From contig MTLP01000012.1 of NCBI GenBank assembly GCA_002009975.1, positions 96,001 to 160,000 of the forward strand: DNA of 64,000 nt, in the 5' to 3' direction. Source of the stretch: Thermococcus sp. JdFR-02 (GTDB taxonomy: Archaea; Methanobacteriota_B; Thermococci; Thermococcales; Thermococcaceae). A program made the translations under genes and the position numbers. Positions 39,453-49,033 of the stretch are shown here, piece after piece. Position 1 is the first letter of the stretch. Each line of letters starts with the position of its first letter. The notes beneath the pieces are model-generated. The model ran no database searches. It saw only the letters and a list, made by a program, of their open reading frames with translations, and had not been told where the DNA came from.

Positions 39453-39749
39453 ATGGAAGAACTAAAGGAGCTGGTGAAAAATCATGTGCTTGGAAATCCT
39501 ATCAGGTTAGGTATTATGATATACATTTTACCACGAAATAAAGCTCTCTTTAAGGAGCTTTTGGAGGTTTTGGATGTAACACCTGGGAATTTGGATTCCC
39601 ATCTAAAAACGCTCAGCAAAGCAGGGTATGTAGAGATTGGGAAAGTCTTTGCAGATAGACCAAGAACAATGATCAAAATCACAGATAAAGGAGCAAAAGA
39701 AACCGGTGAATACTTAAGAAAGCTGAAAAATCTGCTTTTTGAACTCTAA
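39453..39749 (+). CDS. Winged-helix transcriptional regulator (ArsR/MarR-like)
   Basis: NPIRLGIM, TPGNLDSHLKTL..AGYV, RPRTMIKIT.KG. Confidence 0.88.
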   Translation: MEELKELVKNHVLGNPIRLGIMIYILPRNKALFKELLEVLDVTPGNLDSHLKTLSKAGYVEIGKVFADRPRTMIKITDKGAKETGEYLRKLKNLLFEL

Positions 39750-41725
39750 CGCTCCTCTCTTAATTCCTTCAGCCTCTCGATTCTATACTCTTCAACTAAT
39801 CTTAGGAACTCTTTAATCTGTTTTTCTCTCTCCTCTTCCTCCCACTCTTTGAGTTTTTTATCAATGGCTTTTTCTAGCTCTTCTCTGTCAACTATTGCAA
39901 ACTCATCAACCCTCTTAACTTCAATCTCATCTTCAAAGAGAACTGCTATTTTATTAGCTTTAAAGACGTCATAAACCAAATTCGGCATTCCTTTTGCACT
40001 TATTATAGCTTTTATTCCCTTTTTGATCAAATGTTCGGCTAAACTTTTTCCTGCACCAGCAGGGTTTGAAATGTAAATGACATCATCCTTCTTTATTTGG
40101 GTTGATTTTTCAAGTTTCTCTATTTCATCCCAAGTTAAGCTTTCCAAAACTTTCAAAGGAATAGCTGTTCCTTTAAGCTCCAGAAGATGCATCCTCTTTG
40201 CTAGAACTAGGTCTTTGCTGAGCTTTTCTATGATCGACTTAGCCTCTTTAAGTTCTTTTTCAAGGTATGCTATCTTCTTATCCCTAATCTCGATTTCTTT
40301 GGTCTTTATTATCTTCCTCCTCACTTTTTCATCATAAAGCCTTAGTTTGTCCTCTAAGCGTTCAATGACTTTTCTCTGTTTGTCAATCATAGCCCTTAAC
40401 TCCTGATTCTCCCTTTCAAGCAGTTCGATAGTTTTTTCAAGCTCCTTGATTTTTTCAACGTAAGGTGTGACGTCAACACTTTCCTCTTTGATTTCAACTT
40501 TTACCTCTTCCTTTGGCTTTTCTCTCTCCTTAACTTTCATAATGGCTTCCCCGAGATTATAACCTTGGATAACAAGAGCTTTAATTTCATTGCTCTTCTT
40601 TAATAATCCTAACTCGCTAAGTTTTGCATCTACATGCTCCAGTTTTGGCTTTAACCTCAGATAAGCTTTGTAAGCAGCAGCTAAAGCATCCCTCTGATGG
40701 TCATTTTCAACATCAACACCAAGAGATTTTAAAAGTTCATTTTTCTCATCAACCCTCAAGCTCTCTCTTGGTGTAAAGAGAATTGCTTTAAATGAACGAG
40801 CCATTTTTTCAACCAACCCTGGGGCAGGGTTTACATCTGTGGCAATTATTATTGGATGTCCAATTTCACTTATAAACCTCACAATATCGCTAATTGCCAT
40901 ATTTTTTTCACTGTAAATGGCAACAACATCTCCGTTTAAGTCTAAAGCAGCAATCCCAACTGTAATTCCTGGATCCAAACCAACGATGATGCTTTTTCTC
41001 TCTTCAATAGCTTTTTCTCCCTTCAATGGAACGAATTCAAAGCTCTTCCTCTCCACGGGTTTAATTCTAATTTCAACGTCTCCACCCTTCATGGGTTTAA
41101 TTAGCCCAGCTAATTCCTCTCTCGAAGCATAAACTTTGAATTCTCCTCTTGAAAAACCAAAATCTCTCTCTTCAACTTCTAAATCAAAGGGTATGTCTGC
41201 TCTTCTAAGGGCTTCTTCAATCTCTCTAACTTTATTTTGGATTAAGTTGTGAACTCTCCTCCTATATCTATCCTGGCTCCATCCTCCTTTTCCCTGACTC
41301 CTTCCCCTTGAAACAGTAACTATGACTTCATCTTCAAATGCAACAACTTCATAGCCAACTCCTTTAGAAGCTAAAAGGGCACAAACTTTTGCCTCTTCAT
41401 AGGGATCGAATTTGTCTCCAATCCTAATTCCATTCTCCTTTGCCAAGCTCCAAAGGGATTTTTGCTCTCCCGGTCTTCCTGTGACTTGAACTAACTTAAC
41501 CCCTTGGGGCAAAGCCCTAATGAATTTCTTAAGTCCTTCATTTCCAAGCTCATAGATGTTGTCCATTGCTATTATGTCCGGCTTCTTTGCTCTAACAAAC
41601 CTGATAAGCCTGTAAAAGGTGAATTCTCCCTTTTTATCCAATTGTCCATTAAACCAACTAACCACAGCAAAGCGTTTTGGTGTTTCACTGATTATATCAA
41701 CTCCCAGTATGAGAATAGGCATCAC
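39746..41725 (-). CDS. DUF460 family protein (RNase H-fold plus coiled coil)
   Basis: ILGVDI, GKGGWSQDRYRR, IVGLDPG, HQRDALAAA, long coiled coil. Confidence 0.85.
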   Translation of the reverse strand: MMPILILGVDIISETPKRFAVVSWFNGQLDKKGEFTFYRLIRFVRAKKPDIIAMDNIYELGNEGLKKFIRALPQGVKLVQVTGRPGEQKSLWSLAKENGIRIGDKFDPYEEAKVCALLASKGVGYEVVAFEDEVIVTVSRGRSQGKGGWSQDRYRRRVHNLIQNKVREIEEALRRADIPFDLEVEERDFGFSRGEFKVYASREELAGLIKPMKGGDVEIRIKPVERKSFEFVPLKGEKAIEERKSIIVGLDPGITVGIAALDLNGDVVAIYSEKNMAISDIVRFISEIGHPIIIATDVNPAPGLVEKMARSFKAILFTPRESLRVDEKNELLKSLGVDVENDHQRDALAAAYKAYLRLKPKLEHVDAKLSELGLLKKSNEIKALVIQGYNLGEAIMKVKEREKPKEEVKVEIKEESVDVTPYVEKIKELEKTIELLERENQELRAMIDKQRKVIERLEDKLRLYDEKVRRKIIKTKEIEIRDKKIAYLEKELKEAKSIIEKLSKDLVLAKRMHLLELKGTAIPLKVLESLTWDEIEKLEKSTQIKKDDVIYISNPAGAGKSLAEHLIKKGIKAIISAKGMPNLVYDVFKANKIAVLFEDEIEVKRVDEFAIVDREELEKAIDKKLKEWEEEEREKQIKEFLRLVEEYRIERLKELREER

Positions 41726-41804
41726 CTTCTAAAGCACTCGCTTATTTATAAATTAAAAAGTTATGTTTTAAAAGTGTTGCTTAAAAAAGAAAAATAAGCC
41801 GAAT

Positions 41805-42404
41805 TTAAAGTAAGCTTTCCCTTACAGCAATCTCTATGGCTTTCCTTATCATTTCTAACGACATTGAGGGCTGTGCTTTTTCTAAAACCTGCTCTGGTAT
41901 ATAAGGAACATGAATAAATCCAGCTTTAGCATTTAAATTGTTTACAGCTATGTGGTGTAGAGCAACGTACATTGCTGTGTTGCAAACGTAAGTTCCAGCA
42001 GTGTTTGAAACCATCGCCGGAATTTTATTTTCTCGTAAAGCCTTTACGATTCTCTTTACTGGAATTGTTGCAAAATAAGCTGCTGGAGCATTCTCATAAA
42101 TAGGCTCATCTTCGGGTTTGTATCCATCATTATCCTCTTTTTTTGAGTCCATCACATTTACTGCAACTCTTTCAACCGTTATGTTTGTCCTTCCTCCAGC
42201 TTGTCCAGTTAGAATTATAATATCCGGCTTAACCTCATCTATGAGGTTTGGAAGAATTTCTTTAACTTTTTTGAAGCTTACGGGAAGTTCATGCTTTACT
42301 ATCTCAGCTTTGCTGATTTCCTCTGGCAACTCTTTTACAGCTTCCCAAGATGGGTTAATCTTTTCTTCACCAAAAGGCTCAAATCCTGTGACAAGTACTC
42401 TCAT
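41805..42404 (-). CDS. pcp: Pyroglutamyl-peptidase I
   Basis: LVTGFEPF, NPSW, ERVAVN, AGTYVCN, GFIHVPY. Confidence 0.95.
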   Translation of the reverse strand: MRVLVTGFEPFGEEKINPSWEAVKELPEEISKAEIVKHELPVSFKKVKEILPNLIDEVKPDIIILTGQAGGRTNITVERVAVNVMDSKKEDNDGYKPEDEPIYENAPAAYFATIPVKRIVKALRENKIPAMVSNTAGTYVCNTAMYVALHHIAVNNLNAKAGFIHVPYIPEQVLEKAQPSMSLEMIRKAIEIAVRESLL

Positions 42405-42470
42405 ATATTTCACCTCTAAAAGCTAAATCTTTATAGCCTTTAAAGTTTGAGCATTTTTGAGGGAGTTAAT

Positions 42471-43586
42471 ATGGATTATGATGTGTTGATAATTGGTGCT
42501 GGTCCTGTTGGTAGCTATTTGGCTAATCTCTTAGGGAGAGACTTTAAAGTTGCAGTTGTTGAACAAAGAACGTCTTTTGGAGGAAAAGCTTGTACTGGGA
42601 TAATTGGAGCTGAGAGTTATGAAATGCTGAGATTACCAGGGAAAGCTATAATTAACAAATTTAGAGGGGCAAGTTTTTATTCAAAGATAATAAGCTTTGA
42701 AATCTCAAGGAAAGAACCTCAGGCTTATATGGTGGATAGAAAAATTTTGGAGAAAGAGTTAGCTCAGAGAGCGGTCAAAAAGGGTGTTGAGTACTTCTTA
42801 GGAACTAAATTCTTAGGATTCAAAAATGGAAGAGCAGTTCTTCAGAGATTCAATGAAAGATTTGAAATTGAGGCAGGATTCTATGTTGGTGCCGATGGCG
42901 TAAACAGTAGGGTTGCTAAGGAAATTAGTGCAAGAACAGATGCTGAGTTTTTGGGAGGTTACGAAATAGAAATTGTTGGAAATTTTGAAAAAACTGATTT
43001 TGTTGAAGTCTGGGTGAACAAGGAGATTAATGAAGATTTCTTCTTTTGGGTTGCTCCGATTAATGAAAGCTTAGCCAGAGTGGGGACTATAGGAAGACTC
43101 GATCCCCTCTTTAAGTTCTTAAGAATGAGGGGGTTAAAAGAGACAAAAATTGTGGAGTTTAAAACTGGGACGGTGGCGTTGGGCATTAGAAAGCCATGGA
43201 TTAAAGGAAACATTGCTTTGGTTGGGGATGCTGCTTTACAGCTAAAACCATTAACGGCTGGAGGAATTGCGTACGGAATGCTTTGCTCTCATGCATTAGC
43301 TTATTCTTTGATTAATGGGAGAACGAGGGATTATGAAAAGCTGTGTAAGGATGTAAAGAAAGAAATTGCCTTCGGATTGAGGGCAAGAAGGCTTTTCAAA
43401 TATTTGAGTCAAGAACAAATCGAGCACATATTTGAAATTTTATCGACCAGAGAAGCTAGACAACTTATTGAAGAAGTTGCGGATTTTGAGGAGCATGCGA
43501 AGACAATAAAGGCTTTAATAAAACATCCAAAGCTCTTAGCAAAGGTGTTGAAAGTGACTCCTATGATAATCAGATATCTCCTTTGA
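42471..43586 (+). CDS. Geranylgeranyl reductase family FAD oxidoreductase
   Basis: GAGPVG, ACTGII, GADG, VGDAALQLKPLTAGGI. Confidence 0.85.
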   Translation: MDYDVLIIGAGPVGSYLANLLGRDFKVAVVEQRTSFGGKACTGIIGAESYEMLRLPGKAIINKFRGASFYSKIISFEISRKEPQAYMVDRKILEKELAQRAVKKGVEYFLGTKFLGFKNGRAVLQRFNERFEIEAGFYVGADGVNSRVAKEISARTDAEFLGGYEIEIVGNFEKTDFVEVWVNKEINEDFFFWVAPINESLARVGTIGRLDPLFKFLRMRGLKETKIVEFKTGTVALGIRKPWIKGNIALVGDAALQLKPLTAGGIAYGMLCSHALAYSLINGRTRDYEKLCKDVKKEIAFGLRARRLFKYLSQEQIEHIFEILSTREARQLIEEVADFEEHAKTIKALIKHPKLLAKVLKVTPMIIRYLL

Positions 43587-43599
43587 ATTGGTGATAGCA

Positions 43600-43932
43600 A
43601 TGGCAGAGTTTGAAATGGGGCTTCAGGAGGAGTATTTAGAGCTAATAAAAAGCGGGAAAAAGAAAATCGAAGGTCGCTTGTATGATGAAAAAAGGAAAAA
43701 AATAAAGCCGGGAGATGTAATACTCTTTGAAGGAAAGCTTAAAGTTAGAGTAAAAGCCCTTAGAATTTATCCCTCATTCAAGAAAATGCTTGAGGAAGAA
43801 GGCTTAGAGAATGTTTTGCCAAATGTAAAGAGCATTGAGGAAGGCATAAAAATTTACAGGCAATTTTATGATGAAAAGAAAGAGAAAAAATACAGCGTCG
43901 TAGCCATTGAGATTGAGCCAATTGATGGTTAG
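43600..43932 (+). CDS. ASCH domain protein
   Basis: IKSGKKKIEGR, PGDVI, YPSF, VVAIEI. Confidence 0.88.
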   Translation: MAEFEMGLQEEYLELIKSGKKKIEGRLYDEKRKKIKPGDVILFEGKLKVRVKALRIYPSFKKMLEEEGLENVLPNVKSIEEGIKIYRQFYDEKKEKKYSVVAIEIEPIDG

Positions 43933-44024
43933 CTCTCTAAGATTTTTCAAATTTTTAGATTTTCTGTGAAAATTCTTTCACAAATTTAATAAACCTGAAA
44001 GGCTATTTCGATTTTGGTGATAAC

Positions 44025-44840
44025 ATGAAGAGAGCGCTCGTAACTTTAACACCTCCCGAGAGTAAGCGATTAATTGCCAAAGCTGTTGTAAATTTAGAAG
44101 AGGTTCAACATGCTTTAAAGCACGGTTTTGTTTACATTGCAACCGGCACAACAGCGGCTTACATCGCTGAAGAAATTTTGGGGGAGAAGATTGAAAAGGA
44201 GAAGTGGACTGTTGGGGTTATAAGCAAGGGAAGGACTTGTGTAACTCCAAGGGAGACTTGGCCAAAGCATTTGATACTCTACAAAGGAAAACCCTTTGAA
44301 GGAACACCCCAAGAGGCTTTAAAGGAACTTGGTCCAGATGATGTTTTTATCAAAGGGGCTAACGCTATTGATCCAAATTGGAATGTTGCAGTTTTTGCAG
44401 CGGCGGAAGATGGGGGAACGATAGGAAGGGTTTATGGATGGACTATAACAAAAGGGGTAACTTTTATCACTCCAATAAGTCTTGAAAAGTTCACTCCAAC
44501 TCCAGTAGAAGTTAGTGCAAAGATTACTGGAACGAGGGTTTTTGATTGGGGAACCGGGCTTTATTCCGCATTGGTTCCAATGCCCCATGCAATCCCAATA
44601 ACTGAGGTTGAAGCTTATGAAATCTTAGCAGATGTTGATGCTATACCAATTGCCGCTGGCGGAGCTGGAGGAGCAGAGGGGAGCGTTACATTGGTTTTAG
44701 AGGGCGAAGATGAGAATATGGAGAAAGCAAAGGAAATAACAAAGCAAATTAAAGGAGAGCCTTATTTAAAGCCCTACACAGCCAAATGTGAAGAATGTCC
44801 CTTTGCAAGTGTTTGTGCTCTTGGGAGAGGAGATTTTTAA
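44025..44840 (+). CDS. Conserved hypothetical protein with C-terminal CxxCxxxxxC
   Basis: LTPPESKRLIAKA, ATGTT, FIKGANAID, GGAGGAEGS, CEECPFASVC. Confidence 0.7.
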   Translation: MKRALVTLTPPESKRLIAKAVVNLEEVQHALKHGFVYIATGTTAAYIAEEILGEKIEKEKWTVGVISKGRTCVTPRETWPKHLILYKGKPFEGTPQEALKELGPDDVFIKGANAIDPNWNVAVFAAAEDGGTIGRVYGWTITKGVTFITPISLEKFTPTPVEVSAKITGTRVFDWGTGLYSALVPMPHAIPITEVEAYEILADVDAIPIAAGGAGGAEGSVTLVLEGEDENMEKAKEITKQIKGEPYLKPYTAKCEECPFASVCALGRGDF

Positions 44841-44854
44841 ATAAAAAAGAAAAG

Positions 44855-46144
44855 CTAAGCTCTTCCTCTTTTTCTCTTTCCAAATTTTAGCTTGGCTGTC
44901 AAAACTTTCTCAGTTGAGAAGAATTTTGCCGTGATGTAGAGTGTTATCAGTGTTATGACACTTAAATAGGCTATTCCAAAATACATTTGGCTGTACTGTT
45001 GCATCAACATAGCTCTTGAGGCTAAAATTGGGTGTGTGAATGGTAAAGCCAGCAATATGGATTTTATTGCAGTTGGGAGTGTTTCTAAGTCTGCAAACAT
45101 TAGGATAAATGAGGGGAAGAGCAGGGGCATTATACTCATGCTGACCAAAGTAGTGGCACTTCTAACATCTTCTGCAAACACTGAGAGGAGCATAGATATA
45201 CTTAGGGCAAAGACTATTGCCAAGAACAAGCTTAAAGCAAATAGGAAAGCTCCTTTTGGCGTTATACTTAAGCCTAGATCTTCCAATGATATGCCTATTT
45301 CTGAAGTTTGTGGAGTCAGCGAGCCGATATAGTACTTCATACCAATCATGTAGGCTATTGATGATATTAAAGCAACTCCCGCAGTGCCTATCATTTTTCC
45401 AGCAATTATAGTTATCCTCTTCACAGGCAACGTTAAGAGAGTTTCGAGGGTTTTATTTTCCTTTTCTGCTGCCATTGTTGTCGCAGCCATTTGGCTTACG
45501 TAGGTTATCATTATGAAAAGCACTAATGGTATTGAGAAAGCTTGCGAAAATATGATTCCAGAAACTACAGAAGGTGGAACTTCCACGATTCTACCTTTTA
45601 TTATGGAATAGCTCTTCGCTTCAATTGGTTTTAGTATTGCCTCTGGATCCCCTTGAACATTTTGCTCTATCTTCAATTTTGCTAAATATTCATTCAAAAC
45701 TTGGACAACCGCGTTAATCCTTCCTTCACTCATCCCTTCTCTCATTCCAGCACTTATGCCCTTGAAGATTGCATAAACTTCCACGTATGTTTTCTCGTTG
45801 CTACTTATCTTTTGAGAAAAATCACTTGGAATGACAACTACAACATTATAATCTTTTTCTCCCGCTTTTTTAATAGCTTCTTGAAGATCTTTAGCCTGAA
45901 TTTGAGTTACAGTAACGTTTGGAGCTATCTCGAGGGATTTTACTAAAAGACTCCCATACTCACCTTTGTCAAAATTGACCAGAACAACTTTAGTCTCTTC
46001 TTGGGCTTGTTCTATCCCAATCTGCATCATTTGTCCCAAGGCTGGGAAGAGAATTAAGGGCAAAATTATCATTCCAAAAATAATCTGCTTATTCCTGAGC
46101 AAATCTTTTATTTCTTTCTTTACAATAATCCAAAAGTCACTCAT
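44855..46144 (-). CDS. ABC-2 permease (NatB-like)
   Basis: KKEIKDLLR, EKENKTLETLLTLPV..GK. Confidence 0.88.
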   Translation of the reverse strand: MSDFWIIVKKEIKDLLRNKQIIFGMIILPLILFPALGQMMQIGIEQAQEETKVVLVNFDKGEYGSLLVKSLEIAPNVTVTQIQAKDLQEAIKKAGEKDYNVVVVIPSDFSQKISSNEKTYVEVYAIFKGISAGMREGMSEGRINAVVQVLNEYLAKLKIEQNVQGDPEAILKPIEAKSYSIIKGRIVEVPPSVVSGIIFSQAFSIPLVLFIMITYVSQMAATTMAAEKENKTLETLLTLPVKRITIIAGKMIGTAGVALISSIAYMIGMKYYIGSLTPQTSEIGISLEDLGLSITPKGAFLFALSLFLAIVFALSISMLLSVFAEDVRSATTLVSMSIMPLLFPSFILMFADLETLPTAIKSILLALPFTHPILASRAMLMQQYSQMYFGIAYLSVITLITLYITAKFFSTEKVLTAKLKFGKRKRGRA

Positions 46145-46145
46145 T

Positions 46146-46886
46146 TCACTCACCACCTGCTGATACCCTAATTGCTCTCATAAAAACTTCTTCTAAGTTC
46201 TTTGCTTCGTATTTTTCCTTGAGCTCTCTTGGGCTCCCGATTTCGATGATAACGCCCTCGTTAATTAAGGCAACTTTGTCACAGAGAAATTCAACCTCAA
46301 GCATATTGTGACTCGAAACGAGAAATGTAACTCCTTCATTCCTTGCAAAGCTTTTAATGGTTTGTCTGATGGAATATGCGTTTATTATATCAAGACCACT
46401 CGCGGGTTCGTCTAAAATAGCTAACCTAGGCTTTACCATTAAAGCCCTCGCTAAAAGTAATTTACGTGTCATTCCTTTTGAGTAAGTTGAAACTTTGTCA
46501 TAAAGTCTGTTTCCTAAATCACTAATCTCCTTTCCAAGTTCAAGCATTTCTTCAACACTTTTTCCAGTTTTTGCATAGAGTTTAGCCATGAATTCGAGAT
46601 ACTCATAACCTGTTAAATTTTTATATGCTCCCGCTTCTTCAGGGAGATAGCTTATTAGCTTTCTAACATTATCAGCTTGTTTAACAACATCTTTTCCAAA
46701 AACCTCGGCTTTTCCAGCAGTTGGGAATAAAAGCGTCGCTAAGATTCTTAAGGTGGTGCTCTTTCCAGCTCCATTTGGTCCAATGAGACCAAAAATTTCC
46801 CCCTCTTTAACTTCAAATGAGATTCCCTTCAGAGCTTTAACTTTCCCGTAATCCTTCTCAAGCTTTTCAACTCTTACTGCTGGCAT
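46146..46886 (-). CDS. ABC transporter ATP-binding protein (NatA-like)
   Basis: GPNGAGKST, YSKGM, LDEPASGLD, SSH. Confidence 0.93.
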   Translation of the reverse strand: MPAVRVEKLEKDYGKVKALKGISFEVKEGEIFGLIGPNGAGKSTTLRILATLLFPTAGKAEVFGKDVVKQADNVRKLISYLPEEAGAYKNLTGYEYLEFMAKLYAKTGKSVEEMLELGKEISDLGNRLYDKVSTYSKGMTRKLLLARALMVKPRLAILDEPASGLDIINAYSIRQTIKSFARNEGVTFLVSSHNMLEVEFLCDKVALINEGVIIEIGSPRELKEKYEAKNLEEVFMRAIRVSAGGE

Positions 46887-46888
46887 TT

Positions 46889-47086
46889 TTAATCACCCTC
46901 ATAGATAAACACATCCTCAATTTTGACTCCAAAAAACTTTGCTATCCTGAAGGCTAACCTAAGCGAAGGGTCATACTTTCCTTTTTCAATTGATATTATG
47001 GTCTGCCTTGTAACCCCTAGAAGCTTTGCAAGTTCCTCTTGAGTTAGTCCTTTCCACTCTCTGAGTTCTCTCAGTCGGTTTTTCAA
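46889..47086 (-). CDS. XRE-family HTH transcriptional regulator
   Basis: [39 protein letters not shown]. Confidence 0.93.
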   Translation of the reverse strand: MKNRLRELREWKGLTQEELAKLLGVTRQTIISIEKGKYDPSLRLAFRIAKFFGVKIEDVFIYEGD

Positions 47087-47478
47087 ACCTCATCACCCTT
47101 AAAGAATTTGTAATACGTTAGAAATCCTAGATAAATCAACATCCATAGCGTTATTGCTGGAAAGAAATATTTAACTAAAATCTGATACTCTGGATTCTTC
47201 TCTTTCATTGAGGCAATATATGCAAATATTATTGTGATAACGACCAGATATACATTTACAGCCATGCTTTCTGTTTTTTCTCTAATTCTCTTCTCTTTTT
47301 CACTTTCTTCAATCCCAGAGATTTTCATCCCTACATATAATATTACAAAAGCAGTAATAATCGAACCAACTGCTCCTATTGGGTCTTGTGACTTTATGAA
47401 ATACACTGCTATAAAAGCAAACGCAATCATCGCTGTAAAAGTTATAAACCAAATTCCGAAGCGATTTATTTTTGGCAT
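47083..47478 (-). CDS. DUF2178-like small membrane protein (paralog 4, divergent)
   Basis: 4 TMs, [11 protein letters not shown] linker, YY near C-term. Confidence 0.65.
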   Translation of the reverse strand: MPKINRFGIWFITFTAMIAFAFIAVYFIKSQDPIGAVGSIITAFVILYVGMKISGIEESEKEKRIREKTESMAVNVYLVVITIIFAYIASMKEKNPEYQILVKYFFPAITLWMLIYLGFLTYYKFFKGDEV

Positions 47479-47949
47479 TTACATCACCCGCGAGTAGTAG
47501 TGCCTTAAAGATATATGAATTACAGCAATTGCAGCGAGCAGAACACCTGTTAAAACAAATGCGCTTTTAAGTTCTGGTCTTTTAGTGGAGGCAATTGAAA
47601 GATACACAAGAGTAAGGGATAGTCCTATTAAAACTACTTGTAAAGTCCTTCTTGCGGCAATTTCTTCAATTCTAAGCGTTCTCTCGTCTTCAAGAATATA
47701 TCCCTTCTTTCTTAAGTGATCAGAATACAGCTTCATAAGAACAAAGCCAACTATGAATACAGCAAATGCCAATGGAGGATTGTTCTTGCTAATTGCCCAC
47801 CCTAGGAAGTAGCCCATTGTCATGACTATCATCACTGGAGGAATTAATGCTCTCTTCTCTTCATCAGACTTTCTTGTTGTGTAAAGTAAGATACTTATGA
47901 TAGCAACAATTAGTGTCCAGAGGATCGTTCCCATGAGAAGTTCGTTCAT
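47479..47949 (-). CDS. DUF2178-like membrane protein (paralog 3)
   Basis: DERTLRIEEIAARRT motif; ends YYSRVM. Confidence 0.8.
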   Translation of the reverse strand: MNELLMGTILWTLIVAIISILLYTTRKSDEEKRALIPPVMIVMTMGYFLGWAISKNNPPLAFAVFIVGFVLMKLYSDHLRKKGYILEDERTLRIEEIAARRTLQVVLIGLSLTLVYLSIASTKRPELKSAFVLTGVLLAAIAVIHISLRHYYSRVM

Positions 47950-48315
47950 TCACATCACCTTTGAATAATAGTACTGTGAGGCAATCAAAACAAGAGCTCC
48001 AGCTACAAGGGGAATTAACAACCAATCTGGAGATATTTTGAGGTCTTTTGTTGTCAGCCAAGCATATTGGGCAAAGAGTATTATACTCATAACAAAGTAG
48101 CTGTTCCTTGCACTTTTAGCTTCGATAAGTTCTGTCCTTTCATCTGAGACCGTTTCAACATTTAAATTGTAGTATCTGTTAAGCAAATAACTAAAGAAAG
48201 TTCCCAGAGCAAGGATTACAAGTGCTAAGATTGGATTTTTGATCTCAAAAGAATAAGATATGCCGATTATCATTCCAGCGATAATTAGTCCTAATGCGAT
48301 TGTGTAATATCGCAT
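47950..48315 (-). CDS. DUF2178-like membrane protein (paralog 2)
   Basis: DERTELIEAKSAR motif; ends YYSKVM. Confidence 0.8.
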   Translation of the reverse strand: MRYYTIALGLIIAGMIIGISYSFEIKNPILALVILALGTFFSYLLNRYYNLNVETVSDERTELIEAKSARNSYFVMSIILFAQYAWLTTKDLKISPDWLLIPLVAGALVLIASQYYYSKVM

Positions 48316-48316
48316 C

Positions 48317-48613
48317 TTACATCACCTTTCCATAGTGTATTTCAAGAACTGTAGGTACGAGAAGTGATATTATATTCAATGAAGCAAGCATGGAGAATAT
48401 CTGGAGAGGCAATGTTTTTATAGCAGCGTAAAATGCAAACACTGTTGTCAGAATTTGCAAAATTTGAAGTGTCCTTTTAGCTGATAACAGCTCAATATAC
48501 TCTGCACGCTCGTCTTTCAAAGATCCTAAGTGTCTTCTCTTTTTATGTACTAAATATCCGCCAAGAGCTGTAAAAAAGAGTACAATGAAGTAGTATTTAA
48601 TCACTGGAGACAT
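48317..48613 (-). CDS. DUF2178-like membrane protein (paralog 1)
   Basis: DERAEYIELLSAKRT motif; ends HYGKVM. Confidence 0.75.
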   Translation of the reverse strand: MSPVIKYYFIVLFFTALGGYLVHKKRRHLGSLKDERAEYIELLSAKRTLQILQILTTVFAFYAAIKTLPLQIFSMLASLNIISLLVPTVLEIHYGKVM

Positions 48614-48625
48614 TCACATCACCAT

Positions 48626-48657
48626 GTAAAGTTTCCTTTACGTAAAGTTTACTTTAC
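48626..48657. promoter_or_regulatory. Two abutting palindromic operators GTAAAG-N4-CTTTAC
   Basis: gtaaagtttcctttac followed by gtaaagtttactttac, immediately downstream of TTATATA (48661-48667, minus strand). Confidence 0.75.
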
Positions 48658-48697
48658 ATCTATATAAGCTTTGTGGGTATGTTAAAAAGAGACATGA

Positions 48698-48934
48698 TTA
48701 TCCTTTTACAGTCAGAATTTTTATTTTGGAGATCTCACGAAGTTTACAGAGCTCAGAAACCATCTTTTTAAAGTTCTCACAATTTGCATAATCAACCTTT
48801 GCAAGAATATTGTACTCTCCTTTAACAAGGAATATCTCTTTAGACAGGTTGTAAACTTTCAAATAGTAGTTTATTACCCGCTCAGAACCTCTAAATCCTC
48901 TAATCAGCAAGATGCTTTTCATCTTTTTCGCCAA
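48698..48934 (-). CDS. Lrp/AsnC ligand-binding domain protein (divergent)
   Basis: EIFLVKGEYNILAKV resembles the RAM-domain GxYD motif. Confidence 0.55.
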   Translation of the reverse strand: MAKKMKSILLIRGFRGSERVINYYLKVYNLSKEIFLVKGEYNILAKVDYANCENFKKMVSELCKLREISKIKILTVKG

Positions 48935-49033
48935 TTTCTATTAGTGTTTTAATGTTAATACGGCTTTCGTGTTTTAAAAGTACAAAATTTAGATAAAACT
49001 GTTTGTCAAAACTGAAAAGTTACGTCCAAAAAT

